Origin: Cirrosporium novae-zelandiae
Taxonomy: Eukaryota
NCBI GenBank assembly: GCA_026023565.1
Contig: JAPETS010000016.1
Location: forward strand, 372,001 to 436,000
DNA: 64,000 bases
Direction: 5' to 3'
Numbering within the stretch: position 1 is the first letter of the stretch; the number at the start of each line of letters is the position of its first letter. The notes beneath the pieces were generated by a model. The model was not told where the DNA came from, made no database searches, and worked only from the letters and a program-made list of their open reading frames with translations. This document shows positions 51,055-64,000 of this stretch, piece by piece. Made by a program: the position numbers and the translations under genes.

Positions 51055-51995
51055 ATAGACTAGGTTGGAGATATTTTGCAAGCAATTTTGGGCGTTATGG
51101 AGAGGACGGGAGTTGGGATGGAAGGGTTGTAAAATATTTGCATCGACCGATCCTGTATAAGCCCCTCCCAAGTCAAGATCAATTGATGGTAATTATAAAC
51201 CCGTTTCCGCCTCCGAGCTCAGTGCTAGTAGTAACTACATTGAGATATAGTGGGCACTAGGTGATGTTGCAGCTATGAGGATTTAGTGCAGGAGGCTGTT
51301 GTTCACGAACTACTAAGGCTTGTTGGAATATTGTATACCTGCCGACGATAATAGCATCTCCGCTTACCCAGATGCGCCAGACTACAATTTCTTTTAGCTG
51401 TTTTTCATGAAGATAAAAAGATGCATATTTATAATTTCCAGCATGAAATATCACCGCAAAGAAGCTCACAGTTAAAGTATTTATGTGTGCTTGTGTCCTA
51501 ATCGGGAGATATCAATTCTTTGTTTGTCCCACATAACGAGTATCAGTCAGTGTGTGATTGTCGGGATATTATGATTTCAGGTTAAGTGAGACAGTGGGAA
51601 ACCTCGGAGACGATGATTAACAATACCTAGTGGTGTTAGATGACTTTCTCATAGTCCTCTTGCCTACGACAGGTAGCGCTACTGGATATTGACCGTCAGC
51701 ATTCTAGTGAGGTCTGACGTCTCAAATTGGCATGCTACGTATACTGCAAGGGGACCACCTCATGAGTTCAGTTAGGATCTGACCTGGCTTCAATTATGAA
51801 TTGGCATGGTGGTAACACAATAATATTTGTCACAGGTAATTTATAATGGCTTGAAAAAGAAACTATATATTGCGTTTTCCCACCTCCATCAACTTCATTT
51901 TATTGTCTTGAAAAGAAACCGAACGGCCCTAGCTGTTGACCACGAATTCCATATCCCTACTAACCACCGAGAGATCTAATCCAAAACGACTTAAT

Positions 51996-52690
51996 ATGCT
52001 TTATCCAGTCAGATTCATCACCCTCATAACTCTCATTCTATCCCTCATGTCTGTCTCCCATCTCCGATTAACCCCTAGAACACCAATTAACTAACCACCT
52101 CAAGTTCTCCAATAAACGCAGCCATCAATCCCAGAAAATTCCACTGCTACACTTTCACAGAGACCTACACACCTCCACCATGCATCCCCACTTCATGCCT
52201 CACAACCCCGGCCTGCATTTATCTCTCCACAAAAACCGAGTCCATGCCATGCGTGAATAAAAACTGTCCGCACACAAAAACAACCACCACAACGGTAAAA
52301 TGCAGAAGCACGTGTAATCTAGACTGTGCAACTTCAATCATCACCACCAGGACCAAACCGCCTACATGTCATGCCACGAAGAGCACTTCTCAAAAAACAG
52401 CAACCACTACCAACCCCACATCTACCTCCTCCTCCTCAAGCTCCACACCCCCCTGTTACACAGCAATAACAACAACCCAGCCCCCCAATTGCCCCAAACT
52501 AAAGTGCCCCGAGGTGGAGTGTCTGCAGGCGCAAACGGAAACGACGACCCTCTCGTGCGCCGCGGCAACGGGATGCAATAAGATGACCGCAATGACTACC
52601 ACGGTGATGGGGACATGTTCGAGCTGTACTTTGTGTCCAACTGTGACGATGACGGTTGATGGAAATTGTATGTATTATGTGAGGAGGTAG
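51996..52690 (+). CDS. Small secreted Cys/Thr-rich protein (212 aa, 2 exons)
   Basis: Exon 51996-52048 encodes signal peptide MLYPVRFITLITLILSLI. Intron to 52104, then an open frame to 52690 containing 20 Cys. Confidence 0.75.
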
Positions 52691-53377
52691 AAAAGTGGAA
52701 TGAATGGCTTTTTTTTTTACTTCGAGGATGAAGGGGATTGCGTGTGCCGCTGAGATGTTTCATGTGTCCTACGATTTATTCTTCTCAATTTTGAAAATGC
52801 ATATGTAGTTTGTTGCTTATGGATCAAAAAGGCTTGTTTCGAAGACGTTATTAGGGAATTATGTATGCCTAGATTAATCATTAGCTTATAATAAGCTTGG
52901 GGTGGGTATATTGTATGATCTCCTGGTGTTGGGTAGTAGAGTACTAGTCTTTTTGCGATACCCGACGGTTGCGGAGGCTTGCATCTAAAGTAGAAGATGT
53001 AGTTTTTATTGTTGATCCGGGATGTTACATCTCCATCACTATTACCGCAACATGGACAGGACCGAATTAAGGACATGTTATTTTATATGCTAATATGATT
53101 TTTCGCTGGTTGAAGCCAGCCTGCTCCTTCCAGAATTCCAAAAACCCAGTCAGCATTCGACTAAGACGCAACTCGCGTCAAAATGTCTCTTATTGAAAAC
53201 CAGTAATAGAATCATCACGGTTGCTATAATCCATATAATCTTCAAAGTGATATTGCCCCCCGAGGGTTAGCACGGATTTCCATGACAGCCGCAATTACCA
53301 AAAGTGGCTATCAGATTTACGTATGATGTAATAATACCCGGCTATCGGAACCAAGAAAGTCAGTGCGGAGTAATTAC

Positions 53378-54652
53378 TCATTTGAGTTCCTGTCCTTGCA
53401 GCTCCCACCTGACTCTAGATATGCCCCCTTCACCCATCATCCAAAACTCCTTGAAATCATTTCCTGCCCATGCAAAGTTCTGGACCGTGTAATTGGTCTG
53501 GACTCTAACTAGGAGTGTACCCGTGCTGTCAAGAATATCCACGCCCATCCCCGTCGCAGTTAGAACATACCCATTACGTGCGACCTTGAGACCATCAGGA
53601 CAATGCTGCTGCGCAAGATAGATTGGTCGCTTATTCGTGAGGTATGTGGCATCATCACTAACGTCAAATGCATAGACTGTTTTCTTGCCTAGGTGGCTAT
53701 ACGATTGCCCCTGCGATACTTTCCCAGTAACTAGGCCACTGACGGCGCCGGTGTCTGAGATATAAAGGATTTTTGAATCGGGTGAAAAAGCAATGCCGTT
53801 AGGCTCAGCTAGGGTGTCTTCGACAATAGATACAGCTCCTGTTGAGGGCCGAAAGCGATAGGTTGCAGCCGCTAATTGGGGTGGAACGTCGCTTAATTTA
53901 TTATACCACGAGTAGTCTGGTGAGATGTTAAGAGATGTTCTCAGAAAGGATGGTTATGACGTACTTGGGTCAGTAAACCAAATATCACCGTTTGGGTGAA
54001 CAACCAGGTCATCAATGCAGTTGAAAAAATAGCCAAAATAATTATTCAACAATTCGACGCTTTTATTGGTTGCTAGGTCTAATACACGAACCCCGGGTCT
54101 CTGTTCAGTACCACCAATAGAGTTTATACCACCCGAAGCACCCCAGTAGATCAATCCATTATGGATTGTGCCACCATTCGGTGCATACACTGGAGGGTCA
54201 GATAAATACTCAGAAATAGTTGGAGGGTCTTCATTCAGGTCAAGGACAAGCTGAGGAAGGTAGCCTGGCGTCAATCGAGATATATAAAGCTTGTTTTGAG
54301 TAGAAACATAGACAGGGGCTTCGTGAACATTTTTGGGGACCTCAAATATATATTCATAGCTTGGACTGGTTCCAAGAAGCTCGAATCCTCTTTGGCGATC
54401 AAAAACTAGGAAATCGGCATTATCAACCTGGGAGAACAAGGGGTCGTTTGAAATGTAGCTGGAACCAAAAGTGCTCGACCAGCCTGTACGATTCCTACTG
54501 GGCCTGAAGAAATGATACGGCATTACCGACGCATATTGATTGATACACAAGATTGAGATAGATGACGAAAGGCAAGGTTCCACGAGAGGTGTAACAACAC
54601 CCAATTGAGTAGAGCCGGCAATAACAGCAGGGATGGCTTCTCGTAATCGCAT
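53378..54652 (-). CDS. Secreted SMP-30/gluconolactonase-family lactonohydrolase (2 exons)
   Basis: VHEAPVY, PPVYAPNGG, LLNNYFGYFFNCIDDL, GDIWFTDP, EPNGIAFSPD..LYISDTG, PDGLKVARNG and VQNFAWAG. Confidence 0.87.
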
Positions 54653-55213
54653 GTTCACTACTTGGTCCCTTAATAATTCATATGTTCTTAAGCTCTACAT
54701 AAGTTCAGTCAGCGCACTCCCTTCCTAGATAATAGGGTAGACTATACCTGCTGACCTATTTGATAAAGCCATGATGAAGAGTCTTCGAATTGTAGCATTT
54801 TGGTCAGAGACTTGACAGTGTAAATAATAGAACTTGACAGAGAGAAATCTCATAGAAGCTACAAATAATGCAGAGAAGAATATTTTTCAACGTTGAGAGG
54901 TTGAGGCCGATCGGCCTGATTAAACATGTGGGATGACGTGGAGTGTCCCAATATCGGGTTAGCTTTAGACCGACCCACCCATCTGAATGGTTAGGGTCGA
55001 ATTTAAGGTTGCATGGGTTCCTTCCGAAAGTTGATTCGGATTGAGGCTGCAAGGGCCCAAACACTTCGTAGGCGTTATTACGTCCTTGACATTCTTCTAG
55101 CCAGCTCTGTAAGCTGTGCTGCTTTTCACAGCTTACAATCCAGGGACTCTTCTTCCGTCGATGTTGCATCTGCTCTTTGATTTAGGGAACGTAGCTCAGA
55201 AGAAGATTCGGCC

Positions 55214-55840
55214 TCAATATCTAATCTTCAAGCGCCCAGTATCTTCAATACTATCATCTCCACTAGCATTGGCATTGGCTCCATGTTGGCCTGGTGTCTT
55301 TTCGGGTGTGAAATCTAGCTCCTCGAAGTCTTCATTGGGCTCTTTGATTATCTTTTCAATTAATATCGCCTTTGTGACTGCACGCTTGAATATGTCCTCC
55401 TGAATGGTGCCTGCCTGTTCCGTATTGTCAAGAGATAATCTGGAAGGATTAATAAGGGCATCGAGGGTCTGTATATGCTTTTCGAGACGCGGGTTGGCTT
55501 TTAAGGGAGGCAACTTATTTCTGGAGAGGGGCTTCGTCCATTCCAAAGGATTCTCTGAAGCTGTAGCTTGGGTGCTATCACTTTTATCTTGTTGTTGAGG
55601 GCCGGGCTTTTGACGGGATGAACGTTGTTCTCGGACTCCTTGAAGTCTTGCTGTCCAAATTGCGGACCTCCCGTGTAGTTTCCCAGCTTCAAAGAATTTT
55701 TGAAAGCCACCCTCTAGACCTAAAAGCCGACCTTCAAATCTTCCAGCATCTGCTCCATCCGAAAGTCCAAGTTTGTATCCATCTTCGTAGAACTCATCTT
55801 CCAGGTTTAGTAGGCAATCGAATAGATCGACATCGGCCAT
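55214..55840 (-). CDS. LTO1: Lto1/ORAOV1 (Yae1_N, deca-GX3) Fe-S maturation adaptor
   Basis: MADVDLFDCLLNLEDEFYEDGYKLGLSDGADAGRFEGRLLGLEGGFQKFFEAG, a GX3 repeat. Confidence 0.78.
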   Translation of the reverse strand: MADVDLFDCLLNLEDEFYEDGYKLGLSDGADAGRFEGRLLGLEGGFQKFFEAGKLHGRSAIWTARLQGVREQRSSRQKPGPQQQDKSDSTQATASENPLEWTKPLSRNKLPPLKANPRLEKHIQTLDALINPSRLSLDNTEQAGTIQEDIFKRAVTKAILIEKIIKEPNEDFEELDFTPEKTPGQHGANANASGDDSIEDTGRLKIRY

Positions 55841-56130
55841 TTGAAAATGATGTAAGAAAGAAATTGTTTTTGAAGTGTAAGTATCGTGTCTTTCTAGTTG
55901 CAAAAATGGGTGGAATTTTAAGGTGAATAGGTTTGTAGATTATGGGATTCTAGAAAATTGCGTTAATCAATACTGGATATCATAGATTCTAGGGAGAATT
56001 AAAAGAGTTGCATGCAGTTGGTGGGTAAAATGCAAATTCTTTGTGAAATAGGGTTGAAGGGAATTATCAAGGTGGGGGGGTGGAAGAGCCCGACGAGATG
56101 AAACTTCAGCCCTACGACCTTAAACCCCGC

Positions 56131-56137
56131 TGACTCA
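56131..56137 (+). promoter_or_regulatory. Putative Gcn4/CpcA binding site TGACTCA
   Basis: Exact consensus 75 bp upstream of the MES1 ATG in the LTO1/MES1 divergent promoter. Aminoacyl-tRNA synthetase genes are classic Gcn4/CpcA targets. Confidence 0.55.
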
Positions 56138-56205
56138 TTGAACAACGGTCCACCAAACTCCCACTACACATTGATACACATTAGATTCAAGAGATCCTAA
56201 CAAAA

Positions 56206-58411
56206 ATGGATCCTCAAGCTTCAGGTCAAAAGATTTTGCCCCGCAAAGGCGAGACAAACATTCTCATAACATCGGCTCTACCCTACGTCAGTGAGTATCT
56301 CCTTTCAAGAGCTGACATATTTGCGACCATGTTTCAAGATAACACGACTGACCAAAAAAAGATAATGTTCCACATCTTGGAAATATCATAGGATCAGTTC
56401 TTTCAGCGGATGTTTTTGCGAGGTACTATTTTCTTTAGGAACTCCATTACTTTATCAATTAGGTCTAATTGCTAGCAGATACAACAAGGCTCGAGGAAAT
56501 AATACATTATTTGTCTGTGGTACCGATGAATATGGTACTGCCACTGAAACCAAGTTTGTACCTTTCCATGTTTACGCGGAAGTGAAGTTAATTGCTAGCC
56601 CGCAGAGCGTTAGAAGAGAAAGTGACTCCGCAAGAACTATGTTCAAAATACCATAAAATTCATGCGGAAGTATACGATTGGTTCGAGATTGGGTTCGACA
56701 TCTTTGGACGGACGCCAACCGAGAACCATACAAAAATATCTCAAGATATGTTTATGAGGCTTTATGACAACGGGTACCTAGTAGAAAAAGAGACGGAACA
56801 ACCGTATTGTGAGACCCACAAGTCATTCCTTGCGGATCGATTTGTTGAAGGGGAATGCCCAAGGTGCGGATACGAGGACGCTAGGGGAGATCAATGTGAT
56901 AAATGCGGCAATTTACTTAATCCCTTTGAGTTGATCAAACCACATTGCAAACTTGATGGTTCTGCCCCTATAAAGAGGAGTAATAGCTTGAACTCCTACT
57001 AAATATAATCACGAAATACTGACAGGTTTATCTAGAAACAAAACATATGCACCTTCTCCTTGATAAACTTCAGCCCGAAGTCGAAAAATGGTCCGAGAAA
57101 GCTTCTAACGATGGCGCATGGTCAAAAAATGGCAGGATCATTACAGAATCTTGGCTGAAAGAAGGTTTAAAAGACAGAGGCATAACCAGAGACCTAAAAT
57201 GGGGTGTCCCTGTGCCTTTGGAAGGCTGGGACAACAAGGTCTTGTACGTGTGGTTTGAAGCATGTATTGGGTACGTCTCAATTACTGCGAACTATACTGG
57301 TGGGGATGACTGGCAAAAGTGGTGGAGAGATCCTGAGAACGTCCGATTGTATCAATTCCTGGGCAAGGATAATGTCCCCTTCCACACCGTCATTTTCCCT
57401 GCCTGTCAAATAGGTACCGGGGAAAAATGGACCCAGCTGCATCACCTCTCAACCACGGAATATTTGAACTACGAGAATGGTAAATTCTCTAAATCGCGAG
57501 GGGTTGGCGTTTTCGGAAATAATGCTAAGGAGACTGGAATACCACCTGATGTATGGCGATACTATCTTATCAAGAATAGGCCTGAGACTGGTGACACACA
57601 ATTTGAATGGAAATATTTCATTGGAAACAACAACAACGAACTCCTGGCAAACCTCGGAAACTTCGTCAATCGAATTATCAAGCTGGTCAATTCAAAACAC
57701 TATAATTCGGTTCTTCCAGACTACACTAAATATAGCGATGAATCTCTAGAGGACCGCAAGGAGAAGATAAACACTCTCCTCACGGAATACACTACTGAGC
57801 TTGAATCCGTGCATCTTCGAGCCGGTCTTGAAAAGGCTATGCATATCGCCGGCGCCGGCAACGAGCTTATTCAAGCCAACAAACTCGATAACGCCCTTAT
57901 TGCATCCTCGCCCGACCGTGCTGCCGCTGTTATAGGCCTCGCCATCAATCTCATATACCTCTGCGCTAGCATCTTCCACCCGTACCTCCCTGCCACCTCT
58001 GCCTCCATCCTGCAACAATTAAACGCACCCTTCCTCACACTTCCGGACTTCCGAAACAAGAAATGGGCATCCGATGATCTGAAGCCGGGCCACCAAATTG
58101 GTAAGGCCAAATACCTCTTCTCCCGAATTGACGAGAAGAAAGAAGACGAATGGCGAGCCATGTTTGGAGGTAGTCAAGAGGACCGTAAGAAGAAGGAAGA
58201 GGAGGCAGCGAAGGTGGCGGCCAAGAAAGCGGCCAACAAGGCGAAGAAGTCTGCGAAGAAACAGCAAAAGAAAAAGGATGCTGATGGTACCGCTGTTAAG
58301 GGCGGGGTGGAAGGCACTGCGAAACAGGGAGCACAAGACCAGACAGTAGAGAAAGATGCGGTGGATGTGGTCACGGAGGGAGTAGAACAAGTGACTATAC
58401 CCACATCGTAG
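56206..58411 (+). CDS. MES1: Cytosolic methionyl-tRNA synthetase (multi-exon)
   Basis: LITSALPYVNNVPHLGN (HIGH motif), GTDEYGT, Zn knuckles CPRC/CDKC, LYVWFEA, FLGKDNVPFH, and KFSKS (KMSKS motif). Confidence 0.95.
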
Positions 58412-58925
58412 ATGAACTCTACAGACTTTTAAAGGAAATAATGATGTGATAAACGATTATATATGATGAGGAAACTCAAGATGTGGTGGAGCTTGTTAAG
58501 GAATGAGGGTTTTTTGCGCATGCATGCGAAGAAAGAGCTTAGATGTTAGATTCAACTCGGGGAATTACAAAAAGACGACAAGATTTTTTGGTGGTAAAAA
58601 TAAATGGTTTAGTCTATATCATTAGAGCCTATTAATCTAAGCTACGAGATGATAAATAATTCTTCTAATGAGGTCTAAAGAAGGTTTTTCGGCTCGCACG
58701 CACACACGGGGTAATTACGGTAACTAATTAATTAAAAAAACGGTTGGTGCCGTTGAACAAAAAGGACGGACGGGCTCATGCCTGAGGCTTGAGGCGCGTC
58801 ACGGGCGTATTATACTATACATGTATGTACAGCACCACTCCTCCCTCCCTCTCATCCCCAATACCTTCAATCACCTTGCCTTGATATTATATTAGCAATG
58901 CATGCTAGATACTAATTATCTAACA

Positions 58926-58951
58926 ACCTACCTACCTACCTACCTACCTAC
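58926..58951 (+). repeat. (ACCT)n microsatellite
   Basis: acctacctacctacctacctacctac read directly. Confidence 0.8.
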
Positions 58952-60041
58952 TTATCTTATCTTACTTTCCCCGGGAATACAAGCCGCTTCAACTTCCCAA
59001 CAACACACATTGAAGACTCTCTCTTTACAAAATACGCTTCATAGTTTTCCCTACGCATGGCTTGCTTAACGCTGTGGGAAATCTTCTGGTCTGGTATGGT
59101 TTGTGGTTAGTGGTGTGTGGTGTGTGTGGTGGATCTGTATGTATGGGTGGATGGCGTGCGTCGTTGTTGATGTACGTAGAGGGAGGACGAACAGGTTTAT
59201 CAGGAAGATTTGAAAGTAGTTGTTTGATTGGAGTTTTTTTTGAAGGGTATTAGGGGGGAGGGAATAGGTTTTGAACGAGTAGTATAGGGGTGGTTGAAAC
59301 TTGCTTTTGACGAGTAGTATGTAGGATACTTTAGGAATTGAAAAAAAAGTCTTCACTAATAATAAACACCTAGAAAAAAAATCAAATAATACGAAAAAAA
59401 AAAATCTCTTTCGTGTTATTCATCCCAACTAAAAAGGTTATAGCGAAATGGGTGGTATCATAATAGCCCTTAGCCAGTAATAGCAAGTAGTGCCTCCGCC
59501 CCCCCAACCCCCCAAAAGGAGCTCAAAAGGTTGGTCTAAAGGGCCCCCAGGAATCCCAAAACGTCCCGATTGATTGAATCCCCATGGATATCGCCCTGTT
59601 CAGATATCCTTCAAAGTGCCCAAATACCCCATTTCTATGCAATAAAAAGTTGGCTGCTTGTAATCAAAAATCGCGACCATATCAATAATAGCCATGATAG
59701 CAAAGGCAAATAAAAAATCGCTCGGGTGAAAATGACTGAGCTGTCAAACGAATATAATCCCCCCCAACACGAATCAAAAAGCAGCTCACTGCTATTTTAG
59801 TAGTAACGAGCAAAACACCCCACCGGAATTCCTTCCTATTAAAAAAGCAGTTGCCGAAGTCGAGGGACTGTCTTATCAGTTCACCAGTATCACGGGCCAA
59901 TGTTATGAGCGTATGAATATAACACTCAAAAAAGGGCAGAAATTTCTGGCTGTCCAAACCTAGGACTCCACAGAAAATAATAACAAAGAAGATAAATGCA
60001 AAACGCTAGACGAACTGGAAACAGACAATCCATCCTCATTC

Positions 60042-62334
60042 TCATCGACCTCTGCCGCTAAAATCACTCCACCCACTGTCCCCACCACCCCAGCTGGAAC
60101 TTAATCCCATCCCTGGCGGCGCTCCTGGCCCACTAACATAGCCCCCATCATCAAAGTCCACATCGCCTGTCGTGCTTCCCGCATCGAAGCTGCTTCGTCC
60201 GCTTATATCACTTGGATCATCATTGGATGGAAGAGCATCCCATTGCAGACCTCTCAGTGCTGGGTACTGATTTAACAACGCTACGGGGAGCGTGAAGCTA
60301 GGGGCAGCAGGAATACCAATCGGTTGCGAGGGAATCTGTTGTTGTTGTTGTTGTTGTTGCTGCGATGCTATCAGTGCGGCTTGTTGCTGTGCAGAGGCAT
60401 TCAACATTTCTTGTTCCCAGACTCTACGTCTTTCGAGAGCTTCCTCGTCTAAAAGCGGCTTTATGCATATGCGTCCGGCCTCGCTTCGGAAATGCCGACC
60501 AAGCGCATCTGCACGAGCGAAGCGTCGTCCACAACCCCATTGACCTCCTGATGAAAGATCTCCACGACACACAAACTTCTTCTCTCCCGAATGAAGACCC
60601 TCGTGGCGTTTACGATCATGTTGTCTTGCAAATGCCTTACCGCAGATTGTGCAAACGAAGGGACGTTCATCGGTATGAGTTCGGAGATGCGAGCGGAGGT
60701 TGTAAGCACGGGTGAAGCGTTTAGGACAGAGATGACATTGAAATGTAGCGGGATGTTTTTGCACCCGACCTTTTTCTTGGATGGATGCGCCTGGACGGCT
60801 GGGGTCAGCCAGATCAAGTATGTAGTCGCGGTTAGCAGGCATGGACGAGGTGGAGGAACGACGGTTAGATTTTAGAGATGCGGGAGAAACATCTCGAGAG
60901 GAGGTGTTGCTGCCAGGGGAGAGGCCACGGAAGGAAGTGGTATTAGATGGTCCGAGATGAGGAGATGTGGTAGCAGGGGTGGAAGATCTTGATATAGTGG
61001 CAGAAAAGGGGTCTGAGACAGCACGCGTACGACCGCGTCGACCTAGTAAATATGTTAAGAGTGATTCCACGTATGTATTCATCGACTGATATATTCTCAC
61101 CTCTTTCGGGGATATTGAGTGAGTCAACAGAAACGCCTTGTTGATTCTTGTTAGGATCGAAACTTGACTGTCGCGATGGAGGAGCAAACTCGACGTTAAT
61201 TTCTGGAGGTGCCATTTGATCTGCTTGACCCATATCAGTAGCAGGGCTCGATCTATGGAATGATGGAACCATGCTATCGCTCTGGTGTGTGTAAAGCCCC
61301 GGCTGAGCACCAAATTGAGTTGACATGTTTTGCGACAATGGGAGAGTTGGTTCTGACATGAGTCCAAGGCCTTGAGGAGCCATTGATTGAGGCTGTGGGG
61401 CCATGTAAGGGCTATGACCAGGACTTATCTGTGGGCCTGGGCCCTCGCCGAGTGAGAACTCCTCCATACCAAGAGCGTCAGGGTACAATTGATCTTGAGA
61501 GTTTAAAAGAGGTGATCGATTAAAATCAGAAGAGTCAAACGCTTCTTGTTGCATGTATGGTGATGGCGCTGCCGATGATGATACATCTGAGATTTCTGAT
61601 GGAGTTCGATGGTGGGTAAAAGCTCCTGTTGACCAGTTGGTCTGAGTTTGAGGGAAAGCAGCACTCGACGGATCTAATGAGGTATGGCGAGAATGACCAG
61701 GAGTATAGAATTGGTTTTGAACAGGTACCGGAGACCCTTGCTGAGACCCAGGTGATGAATGATGCTGAGGAACGAGATTTGGAGGACTCGAAACACTAGG
61801 TGGGGATGACATCCTGCTCATTATATCGACTGGATTGATCGATTGATGCTGTTGGGAATCATATAGCGATTGCTCAAAATTTCCTTCGATGGATGTGGAA
61901 TGATTTGGGTACATGTTCATATCATTAAAGTCTGGCTGATCGGTGTTTAGAAACTGTGAGAACCCTTCGTTCGAGTTGCCATTAAACTGTGCGGGATCAG
62001 GAAAGTTGGAAAAGAGATCTTCCTGGGTTAAGGCTTGATTGAAGTTCTGGGTGTCGAGGAAAGAAGGGTCGGTTGATTGAGTGGAAGGGTACTGCTGCAC
62101 TTGTGAAGAATGGATAAATCCAGGAGACACGCCTGGAGATTGTGAAGTAAACTGGGGAGAGTGGCCGGCGTTATTAAAGGGACCGGTAGTGAAGGTAGTC
62201 TGAGTGATAGCGGATTCGAAGCCGGTATTAGAGCCAATGTTCTGATGGCACTGAACAGGAGAGGGTGAATGGCTCAAAGATCGACTTTTATTACTTTCGG
62301 GAGCCGATCTACTTCGAGTTTGATGATCATCCAT
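60042..62334 (-). CDS. CRZ1: Calcineurin-responsive C2H2 zinc-finger transcription factor (2 exons)
   Basis: Ser/Pro-rich N-terminus with [12 protein letters not shown] and PxIxIT-like PEINVE. Zinc fingers [23 protein letters not shown] and [21 protein letters not shown]. PolyQ (CAA)n at about 60338-60360. Confidence 0.92.
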
Positions 62335-64000
62335 TATGCAGGTACTGATCTTTTCTTAGTCTCTGATCGAGTTGTGTATCTGGTCCTTGGGCGGCGAGTG
62401 GAGGCAGTAAGGCGCCACGACCGTTACAGGGACGATATGTACAACTCAAATGCAGGGACGGAGGGTATGGTTGAACAGAGACGAGTAGATTGGAGATGAG
62501 CCGCAAGTCTGGTTGTCCCTCGTACTGGTTCAGGACATTTCCTGATCCTATGTATTGTGGCGCAAGGATTAGCCGTTGACCGCAGCAGCCGTCTTGGATC
62601 CAAATCCAAATTTGGCCATGGAACAGAAGCAACGAAGATAAAGAAAAATCATGTTAACGGTGAGCCGCACCTGAACTTATCTCTCACAGTACCAACGGAC
62701 AAACGTGGCGATGTACCGAACAGGCGCCTGTATTTTGGGCGCTTGTTGTAATCTGACGTTCCAAGCGACGGCTGGCTCGATATTGTGATGTGAGCGGCTG
62801 GGGAGATTTGGGACAGATGACGGATATAACACAATGCGGGAGACAGAACACTGGAGAATTTTTGAAGTTGTAGATTTCAGTCTTGAGATGGAATAAATTG
62901 AATGTGTTGGGTGTGTTGGGTGTGTTGAATGTGTAGTTCAAGGATGGAGTGCGATGTTGTGTGTTAATGTGCGCCCAACGTATCGAGGATATGAGCAGAT
63001 AAAGGTCGGGACTATTTTCCCAGGTTGGAAAGGGACTCTCGAATACGGGGATGTGTGGACTCGGGGAGAAAAGAACAAGAGATTGGTTTTTTTGATAGTA
63101 TAGTAATATAGTATACTATTAATAATTCCTGCTGGTACTAAAGTAAAGATGAATTTGTCGTTGATGTTGTTGTCGGTTAGTTGGTTGGAAGGGTTAAGTT
63201 GGTTAAGTTGACGAGTCTGCCTTGAAGGGAAGATCAGACAATTCTTTGGGTTGGATAGTTAAGGTGAGGAATAAGGTACCAAATCCGGGCGCTAGGCGTC
63301 AGTACAAGGGTGAAGGGCACGAGGGTTAGGAACTTAAGGCTGCCCAACAGAGTAATGACGCAGTTGGTACAGAAGAGTAGAACCCATTTCAGCCTTCTAT
63401 CCTCACGTGTAATCTTCTACTCAGCCACCTTTCTACCTAGATAGGTTACTTGAGACTTGTTTGATACATCGGATACATCTGATACATCTGGGGAGTAGCT
63501 TAGCATCCAGGAATTAATTAATTAATTAGCATGAAGCTTGAATTCCACTTTCAAGATCCCCGTTTTAAATTGATGATTGAAATTTCTCAGGATCAAAAAA
63601 AAAGAAAAGAAAAGAGCCTCAATTGTCTACCAAGGATCTCCATTTCATGATTTTCTCTTTAAAGCTATAAGAACTCCCACTGAACCATATCATCACAACT
63701 TATATTTAGCTACTAGGTACTTTCGAAAGTACTGTACTGGAAATAACTGACTGTTCGCTTAATTGGTCCGAGGTTCTGCCAATCCCACAAGGCAGACAAA
63801 CATTTCTTTGCACAGCCACCCTCTTATCTTATCGTCCAACACTAAAATTCTATTTTTCCAACACAGGCCACACAAGTCAGTGACACGGTAATTAATAGCA
63901 AATACTACATGCAGGTGTTAGGATACCTTGAATTTCCTCAAAAAAGTTACGTACTAAGTATATCGTAGTTGAAACCAACTAACTATACATGTCCATTGAA

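Noticed and set aside
32833..55840. Functional clustering of Fe-S/mitochondrial genes (GRX5, LTO1, AIM19), or a secondary-metabolite cluster around the MFS and lactonase genes
   Set aside because: The genes are far apart and interspersed with unrelated housekeeping genes, and no PKS, NRPS or terpene backbone gene is present.
1..64000. tRNA or 5S rRNA genes
   Set aside because: No T-arm GGTTCGANTCC in a cloverleaf context and no 5S signature were found by eye. tRNAscan-SE or Infernal would be decisive.

Overview
This is eukaryotic genomic DNA from a filamentous ascomycete (Pezizomycotina), gene-dense, with short GT-AG introns and CTAAC/CTGAC branch points. It holds about 25 intact protein-coding genes. 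Most are housekeeping: DOT5-type peroxiredoxin, UPS2, PHO81/NUC-2, CLP1, HSP10, GRX5, AP-2 mu, BET1, HLJ1, AIM19-like, LTO1, MES1 and CRZ1. The accessory genes are an MHYT sensor, an S28 peptidase, an arylsulfotransferase, a HAD hydrolase, an MFS transporter, a lactonase and a Cys-rich secreted protein. Several genes are missed or fragmented by the ORF track because of introns. Four features stand out. (1) A decayed head-to-head pair at about 23.3-27.2 kb: a Zn2Cys6 transcription factor pseudogene and a fructosyl-amino-acid oxidase pseudogene. (2) A 431-bp hAT-type MITE (22-bp TIRs, 8-bp TSD, central perfect 32-bp palindrome) inserted in that TF. (3) A dispersed family of about 90-160-bp inverted-repeat elements, with 5 copies that mostly sit just upstream of genes. 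(4) Protein and gene-structure oddities: a PrxQ lacking the resolving Cys, a start codon split by an intron, an orphan membrane ORF abutting HSP10, and a duplicated 10-Cys module. No tRNA, rRNA or CRISPR array was seen. All family assignments come from motif recognition, not database searches.
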